Assembly (NCBI GenBank): GCA_046484425.1
Contig: JAWOIY010000227.1
Span: 9,725-73,724 of the forward strand
Direction of reading: 5' to 3'
DNA from: Desulfobacterales bacterium
GTDB taxonomy: Bacteria > Desulfobacterota > Desulfobacteria > Desulfobacterales > UBA11574
Length of the DNA stretch: 64,000 bases
Shown: in pieces, positions 58,437 to 64,000 of the stretch
Position numbering within the stretch: position 1 is the first letter of the stretch
Layout: each line of letters opens with the position of its first letter
Position numbers and translations under genes: made by a program
Notes under the pieces: model-generated
What the model was told of the DNA's origin: nothing
The model's input: only the letters and a program-made list of their open reading frames with translations
Database searches by the model: none

Positions 58437-58697
58437 GTAAGAATTTAGCCTTTTGAAAATGAATTGCTCCAGGTTTGCTTAAATTTTTTCTGAAAGAACT
58501 CGTAGATAACGGTTCGTAATGAAAAAACCGGTTTTAGGTTCTGAGAATGGTTTTGGTTTAAAGACCATATGATCGCATTCAATCTAATCCGTAATGGTTT
58601 TTTCATAACGGGCCGTAATCTACTCAAACAGCTTCCAGTAAAAATTTAAGCAAACCTGAAGCTTCCTAAAAAAGGTTTGTTTCAAAGATCTAAACAG
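58437..58697. mobile_element. family B copy B3 interrupted by a nested element
   Basis: The B termini are intact (gtaagaatttagccttttgaaaatgaattgc ... aagcttcctaaaaaaggtttgtttcaaagatctaaacag). Flanked by ttcgatcatct (58426-58436) and ttacgatcatct (58698-58709). Confidence 0.75.
58468..58658. mobile_element. 191-bp element C nested in B3
   Basis: 19-bp perfect terminal inverted repeats, caggtttgcttaaattttt and aaaaatttaagcaaacctg. It interrupts B3 exactly where B1 and B2 read gaatcgcgaagcttcc. No credible ORF. Confidence 0.65.
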
Positions 58698-58728
58698 TTA
58701 CGATCATCTAAATTTATAGTGTAGGGAT

Positions 58729-60219
58729 ATGGACAAAAAGAGCGCAGTCATAGAGAATCGAAAACAAAAGCTTTCGGATTTGAAAAATAACAACATTAAT
58801 CTGTATCCAAACGATTTTGTTGTGTTGCATACGGTCCGCGATATCATGAAAACCGTAGAAGGATCACCAGAGTCCCTCACACCGGATGGTCCTGTTTTTG
58901 TTGTCGCCGGACGTATGATGGCCGTGAACCGATTCGGTAAGGCCGCTTTTATAAGGTTCAGGGATTATACCGGACAACTTCAGGCATATGTGAGAAAAGA
59001 TAAAATAGGAGACGAAACTTTCCGACTTTTTAATCAGATGGATATCGGGGATTTCGTCGGGCTGAAAGGTGGAATGTTCAAAACCAGAACAGGTGAGTGG
59101 ACACTTCTGGTCAACGAACTTAAGCTTGTGTGCAAGTCGATACGACCCTTGCCGGAAAAATTTCATGGGCTCAAAGATCCTGAAAAACGGTATCGTCGTC
59201 GTTATATTGATTTAATAATGAATTCATATGTGCAAGATATTTTTAAAAAACGGAGCCGGATCATCCAGTCCATACGCGAATTCCTCCTGGCACGTGATTT
59301 TCTCGAGGTGGAAACGCCGATGATGCAGCCTATTCCGGGCGGGGCAGAAGCCACCCCGTTTGTGACCTATCACAATGCTTTGGGTATAAATTTGTTTTTA
59401 CGAATAGCCCCTGAATTGTACTTAAAGCGTCTGGTTGTCGGCGGATTTGAAAGGGTTTTTGAAATCAACCGAAGTTTTAGAAATGAAGGGGTTTCAACAC
59501 GGCATAACCCTGAATTTACCATGCTTGAATTTTATCAGGCCTATGCCAGGTATGAGGATATGATGGACCTTACTGAAGAAATGTTCCGATTTATAGCCCA
59601 AGAAGTCGGCGGTTCGACATTAATATCATATCAGGGGACGACCATTGATCTCGGCAAGAAGTGGCGTCGAATGTCCCTTACGTCCGCTTTAGAAGAGTAT
59701 GGAGGTATAGACCCCAGTCTGATGAACGATCATGATGGACTTCTCAGGCTGGCCGATTCAAAAAAAATTCAAATAACAAAAACCGGTCGTAAAGGGAAAA
59801 TTATAACAAAGCTGTTTGATATCCTGGTGGAACCGAAGCTTTTGCAGCCCACATTTATCACAGGATATCCGGTTGAAGTTTCCCCCCTTTCCAGAAAAAA
59901 TGAGGCGATCCCCGATCTAACGGATCGATTTGAACTCTTCATTGCAGGCCACGAGATCGCAAACGGATTTTCGGAGCTCAACGATCCGGAAGATCAGAAA
60001 CAGCGATTTTTACAACAAACTGCCGACAGGGAAGCCGGAGATACTGAGGCTCATTATATGGATAATGATTTCATTGAGGCATTAGAGTATGGTATGCCTC
60101 CCACTGCGGGAGAGGGAATAGGGATTGATCGCCTCGTCATGCTTTTTACCGATGTCGCTTCCATCAGAGAGGTTATCCTTTTCCCACACATGAAACCCAT
60201 TGAAAGCGAAAAGCGGTGA
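58729..60219 (+). CDS. lysS: lysine--tRNA ligase (class II)
   Basis: OB anticodon-binding domain followed by class II motifs (FRNEG, GGGIGIDRL-like GEGIGIDRLVM). Confidence 0.95.
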   Translation: MDKKSAVIENRKQKLSDLKNNNINLYPNDFVVLHTVRDIMKTVEGSPESLTPDGPVFVVAGRMMAVNRFGKAAFIRFRDYTGQLQAYVRKDKIGDETFRLFNQMDIGDFVGLKGGMFKTRTGEWTLLVNELKLVCKSIRPLPEKFHGLKDPEKRYRRRYIDLIMNSYVQDIFKKRSRIIQSIREFLLARDFLEVETPMMQPIPGGAEATPFVTYHNALGINLFLRIAPELYLKRLVVGGFERVFEINRSFRNEGVSTRHNPEFTMLEFYQAYARYEDMMDLTEEMFRFIAQEVGGSTLISYQGTTIDLGKKWRRMSLTSALEEYGGIDPSLMNDHDGLLRLADSKKIQITKTGRKGKIITKLFDILVEPKLLQPTFITGYPVEVSPLSRKNEAIPDLTDRFELFIAGHEIANGFSELNDPEDQKQRFLQQTADREAGDTEAHYMDNDFIEALEYGMPPTAGEGIGIDRLVMLFTDVASIREVILFPHMKPIESEKR

Positions 60220-60290
60220 TGGTTAACAGGGCCTGAATAAAACAACCATTGCTAAAACCCATAACCCATCCCCCGGGGCCTTATTTTACT

Positions 60291-61526
60291 ATGTCTTTTG
60301 AATATTTCATAGGCGGCCGTTATCTCAGGGCCAAGAAGAAAGAAACGTTTATCTCATTGATTACCCTGCTTTCCATTTCCGGTGTTACCGTGGGAGTAAT
60401 GGCGCTGATCGTTGTGATCGCTGTAATGGCCGGTTTTGAGTCTGATCTCAAGCAGCGAATCCTTGGAGTGGAATCTCACATTGTACTGATGCGTCACGAT
60501 GGTTCGGTTCCCGACTATCAAAGGATAACGGAGCAGATTAAAGAAGTGCCCGGCGTGGAAACCGCTACGCCCTTTATATACACTCAGATTATGCTTCGAT
60601 CATCATCCGGTGTTTCAGGGGCCGTTTTACGAGGAATAGACCCGAAATCCGCTGGAGGTGTAATAAAAATTCTGGAAAATTCTGCATTGCAGAATTTGAT
60701 GCAGGCAGAGCAACTGGAGGACTCGAAGCCCTTTGTGCCGGGAATCATTCTTGGCAAAGAGCTTTCCAGAAATCTGGGGGTCGTTAAGGGTGATGCGGTT
60801 TACCTGATATCATCTCGAGGCATGATATCTCCCATTGGATATCTGCCGGCAATGAAGCGTTTCAAGGTTGCGGGACTTTTTGAATCCGGTATGTATGAAT
60901 ATGACGGATCTCTTGCGTATATCAATCTGAAGGACGCACAGAAGCTGTTGAATATGGAAGGCGCCGTGACCGGCATTGAAGTGCGTGTCCATGATATTTA
61001 CGGTGCAAGGAACATCTCGAAAAAAATCGTTTCAAAATTTGGGTTTCCGTATTGGGCCAGAGATTGGATGCAAATGAATCAGAACCTCTTTTCCGCGCTT
61101 AAGTTGGAAAAGACGGTGATGTTTATTATTTTGGCACTTATCGTACTTGTGGCGGCGTTTAATATCGCAAGTACGCTGATTATGATGGTTATGGGAAAAA
61201 CAAAAGATATCGCCATATTAAAGGCTATGGGTGCCATGGACGGCAGTATCAGAAAGATTTTTATCTTCAAAGGTATGATTATTGGTGCCGTGGGAACTAT
61301 CCTGGGTGTGTGTCTGGGGTTTACCATATGTAAACTGCTGGAAAAATATAAATTTATTCAGCTCCCAGGCGATGTGTATTACATTTCAACACTACCGGTG
61401 CGACTGGAAGCATTGGATGTTATTATGATTGCCTCTGCTGCTATGATCATCTGTTTTTTGGCAACACTCTATCCTGCGAGCCAGGCATCAAAACTCAATC
61501 CAATAGAGGCCATCCGCTATGGTTGA
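60291..61526 (+). CDS. lipoprotein-releasing ABC transporter permease (LolC/LolE family)
   Basis: MSFEYFIGGRYLR N-terminus, MacB-like periplasmic domain, FtsX C-terminal TM bundle. ATG at 60291. Confidence 0.88.
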   Translation: MSFEYFIGGRYLRAKKKETFISLITLLSISGVTVGVMALIVVIAVMAGFESDLKQRILGVESHIVLMRHDGSVPDYQRITEQIKEVPGVETATPFIYTQIMLRSSSGVSGAVLRGIDPKSAGGVIKILENSALQNLMQAEQLEDSKPFVPGIILGKELSRNLGVVKGDAVYLISSRGMISPIGYLPAMKRFKVAGLFESGMYEYDGSLAYINLKDAQKLLNMEGAVTGIEVRVHDIYGARNISKKIVSKFGFPYWARDWMQMNQNLFSALKLEKTVMFIILALIVLVAAFNIASTLIMMVMGKTKDIAILKAMGAMDGSIRKIFIFKGMIIGAVGTILGVCLGFTICKLLEKYKFIQLPGDVYYISTLPVRLEALDVIMIASAAMIICFLATLYPASQASKLNPIEAIRYG

Positions 61527-62235
61527 GGTCCAAGACATTGATATTACGTCTTTTATAGGTCATTTTTTATCTGTCAGAGATCTATACAAGGGGTTTGACA
61601 ACAGCCGAGCGCGCATTGAAATCTTAAAGGGCTTAAATATCGATTTGAATGCCGGAGAAAGTCTGGCTATTGTCGGCGCTTCCGGAATCGGCAAGTCTAC
61701 TTTTCTCCATATTTTGGGGGCGCTTGATCGCCCCGATAGCGGAGCCTATTTTTTTAAAGGGAACGACATCTTTCTTTTTGATCAAACCAGGCTGGCGCAA
61801 TTTCGGAACAAAACCGTTGGGTTTGTATTTCAGTTTCATTACCTGCTTCCCGAATTTTCGGCCCTTGAAAATACAATGATGCCGGTACTGATCCAGGGAC
61901 TGAGCCAAAAAAAAGCCAGAGAAGCTGCGGAGCCGATGCTTGTCAGGGTTGGTCTAAAAGACAGATTAAATTTCAGAGCCGCCAAGCTTTCAGGAGGTGA
62001 ACAACAGCGGGTTGCCTTAGCTAGAAGTTTGGTGCTTAAACCTGAAATTCTTCTGGCCGATGAACCTACCGGAAATCTTGACAAAAGAAACAGTGAATAT
62101 ATTCATAACCTGCTTATGGAATTGAATACTGAGCTCAATATGACCCTGGTCGTGGTAACTCACAATATGGAACTTGCATCCCATATGTCACGAAGGATGA
62201 CGATAATAGACGGTCAACTGGTTGAATTAGAATGA
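61519..62235 (+). CDS. lolD: lipoprotein-releasing system ATP-binding protein
   Basis: Walker A GASGIGKST, signature LSGGEQQRVALAR, Walker B LLADEPTGNLD. Overlaps the permease gene by 8 nt. Confidence 0.9.
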   Translation: MVEVQDIDITSFIGHFLSVRDLYKGFDNSRARIEILKGLNIDLNAGESLAIVGASGIGKSTFLHILGALDRPDSGAYFFKGNDIFLFDQTRLAQFRNKTVGFVFQFHYLLPEFSALENTMMPVLIQGLSQKKAREAAEPMLVRVGLKDRLNFRAAKLSGGEQQRVALARSLVLKPEILLADEPTGNLDKRNSEYIHNLLMELNTELNMTLVVVTHNMELASHMSRRMTIIDGQLVELE

Positions 62236-62373
62236 TGCGTCAAGTTTCGCACTTTTTCATTAGTTGTCAATTTTGTGCTTTTTGTAACAAGAATTTAAAA
62301 ACCATCACCATACACTGGAACGAGGTAATAAAATAACGGCGTGGAGTTGAGAATTTAAGTATTGAGAAATTTT

Positions 62374-64000
62374 ATGTTCAGACATCTGAGGCTGGTTATT
62401 ATCACGGTGCTTTTCTTTTTACCCGGTATGGCCCATTCTATGGAGAGCGTCAAAGTGATTGTATTGCCCTTTCAAATCCATGCGGACAAAGATCTTTCAT
62501 CTTTACAGAGTGACATTTTGAATGTAATTCAAACACATATCCAGAAGGAAGGCGCCATTATTTTGACTCCTGAACCCGTTTCTGATATCACATTGTGGAA
62601 AACAACTCAAAATTACGGTGTAATTCGGGATTTTGGCGTTAAAAACGGTGCAGACTATGTTGTCTGGGGGAGCTTGACTCTGATCGGACAAAAATTCAGC
62701 ATGGATGTAAAACTGTTAAAATCTCTGGGAGAAGAACTGCCCCAGATTTTTATCAAAGAAGGCCAAGGTATAGAGAATTTGCCCGGAATCGTGAAGCAAC
62801 TCGCCAGTGATATCGGGATGAAAATTTTCAAACGAGAAAAGATTGCCGGTGTGGAGATAGCCGGGAACAAGCGAATCGAGTCCGACGCCATCAAAAGGAC
62901 CATCAAAACAAAATCCGGAGATATCTATTTTCCGAAGAATCTTTCCGATGACCTGAAATCCGTATTTGCAATGGGGTACTTTGATGACGTCAGGATTGAG
63001 GCTGAGGATACGTCCGATGGTAAAAAGATCGTCTTTAGAGTTGAAGAGAAACCGACGATACGGGTCATTCGTTTTAAAGGGAACAAGGTGTTTAAGGAGG
63101 AAAAAATAAAGGAAAATTTGACGGTTAAAACAGGTTCTATTCTGAATACGTCTAAAATCAAAAGTAATATCGAACGGATAGAAGAGCTTTACAAAGAAAA
63201 AAATTATCATAATGTGAAAGTGACCTACCAAATCCATTCTCTGGAAAGCAACCAGGCGGACCTGGAGTTCGATATTGATGAGGGCGAAAAAATTTTAATC
63301 AAAAGTATAAAATTTGAAGGAAACAACGCGTACACCGACAAGAAATTAAAAAAATTGATGACGACTTCTGAAAAGGGTTTCTTTTCCTGGTTGACCTCGG
63401 CAGGGGATCTGAAAAAGGAGGACCTTGAACAGGATGCTGCAAAGTTGTCGGCTTTTTATTATAACAACGGATACATACAGGCCAGGGTGGGAGAGCCGAC
63501 GATTGAATACAAGGACAAGTGGATATATATCACCCTGAAAATTGATGAAGGTCCGCAGTTTAAGGTTGGAAACGTGGACATAACGGGTGAGCTTGTTTTA
63601 CCCAAGGATGAATTGATACAGCGTCTTAAGATTACGAAAGAAACGTATTATAATCGTGAAGTTGTCCGCAATGATATATTGGCACTTACAGATCTTTATT
63701 CTGATGAGGGTTTTGCATATGCTGATATATCTCCCCTGATCGACAGAGATGTCGATCAGTTGAAGGTGAATATTACCTACGCCGTTCAAAAGGGCAAACA
63801 GGTCTATTTTGAAAATATCCTTATCGGCGGCAATACAAAGACAAGAGATAAGGTGATCCGGCGGGAGCTTCACGTCTATGAACAGGAACTTTTCAGTGGT
63901 CGACAGTTAAAACGGAGCGTCCGCAATCTTTACCGGCTCGATTTTTTTGAAGATATAAAGGTCGATACCGTCAAGGGAAGCACCGATGACCGGATGATTT
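62374..64000 (+). CDS. bamA: outer membrane protein assembly factor BamA (5' partial; runs off the window end)
   Basis: Open frame from ATG 62374 to the window end, absent from the track because it has no stop. Signal peptide MFRHLRLVIITVLFFLPGMAHS, then repeated POTRA-like units (EEKPTIRVIRFKGN, GEKILIKSIKFEGN, GPQFKVGNVDITG, GKQVYFENILIGGNTKTRDKVIRRE). Confidence 0.9.
   Translation, partial: MFRHLRLVIITVLFFLPGMAHSMESVKVIVLPFQIHADKDLSSLQSDILNVIQTHIQKEGAIILTPEPVSDITLWKTTQNYGVIRDFGVKNGADYVVWGSLTLIGQKFSMDVKLLKSLGEELPQIFIKEGQGIENLPGIVKQLASDIGMKIFKREKIAGVEIAGNKRIESDAIKRTIKTKSGDIYFPKNLSDDLKSVFAMGYFDDVRIEAEDTSDGKKIVFRVEEKPTIRVIRFKGNKVFKEEKIKENLTVKTGSILNTSKIKSNIERIEELYKEKNYHNVKVTYQIHSLESNQADLEFDIDEGEKILIKSIKFEGNNAYTDKKLKKLMTTSEKGFFSWLTSAGDLKKEDLEQDAAKLSAFYYNNGYIQARVGEPTIEYKDKWIYITLKIDEGPQFKVGNVDITGELVLPKDELIQRLKITKETYYNREVVRNDILALTDLYSDEGFAYADISPLIDRDVDQLKVNITYAVQKGKQVYFENILIGGNTKTRDKVIRRELHVYEQELFSGRQLKRSVRNLYRLDFFEDIKVDTVKGSTDDRMI

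Noticed and set aside
58445-58627. A 60-aa ORF within nested element C. Similar ORFs occur at 19938-20156, 23717-24040 and 50988-51200 inside repeat regions.
   Set aside because: They are encoded by low-complexity or repeat DNA and have no translation signals. A MITE-sized element would not encode its own transposase.
24211-64000. A search for selenoprotein genes (in-frame TGA splitting a recognisable gene into two same-frame ORFs), prompted by the presence of selB.
   Set aside because: No recognised gene in the window is interrupted. All family-length ORFs are intact, so no Sec codon or SECIS can be proposed here.

Overview
This 64-kb chromosomal window is densely packed with housekeeping genes. 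I call 53 CDS and one tRNA-Val. I see no rRNA, CRISPR array, prophage, transposase, integrase or recognisable defence genes.

Gene content points to a sulfate-reducing Desulfobacterota, probably Desulfobacterales-like; this is inference. The supporting genes are selB, a fused cobA/hemD next to hemC, hemW, a four-subunit 2-oxoacid:ferredoxin oxidoreductase (korDABC) near icd, a Sat-like/CysC fusion with cysQ, and DUF4911-miaB.

Other recognisable genes are recJ, dnaE, guaB, tsaC, sppA, mltG, prmA, nagZ, long-form hutU with a cyclodeaminase, HU and IHF-like proteins, scpAB, trpS, a DHH-CBS-CCA-adding multidomain enzyme, pilC with a PilS-like kinase, lysS, lolCD and the 5' part of bamA. Most other entries in the ORF track are antisense or shadow ORFs inside these genes.

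I did not find a convincing new multi-gene protein system. The unusual signal is non-coding. Almost every intergenic gap of about 100 bp or more, including gaps inside apparent operons, holds small repeats:
- A 72-bp palindromic MITE-like family (B) has a different 11-12-bp flanking direct repeat at each of three copies. One copy carries a nested 191-bp element.
- A 214-bp palindromic element has a 9-bp duplication.
- A 189-bp structured repeat (A) occurs twice at about 96% identity, with one compensatory stem change.
- Many hairpin elements have arms built from locus-specific degenerate 7-10-nt tandem words. Several share a GGAGCGAC/GTGAGCGAC core.

Protein-level oddities:
- The ATP-sulfurylase-like domain has its HxxH motif replaced by QxxQ.
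- One protein fuses a TM segment, a CBS pair and a DUF2333-like domain.
- A radical SAM protein has CX4CX2C spacing.
- An ALDH lacks the ELGG glutamate.
- BamA has an extra N-terminal domain.

All identifications come from reading the sequence and recalling family motifs. No database search was run.
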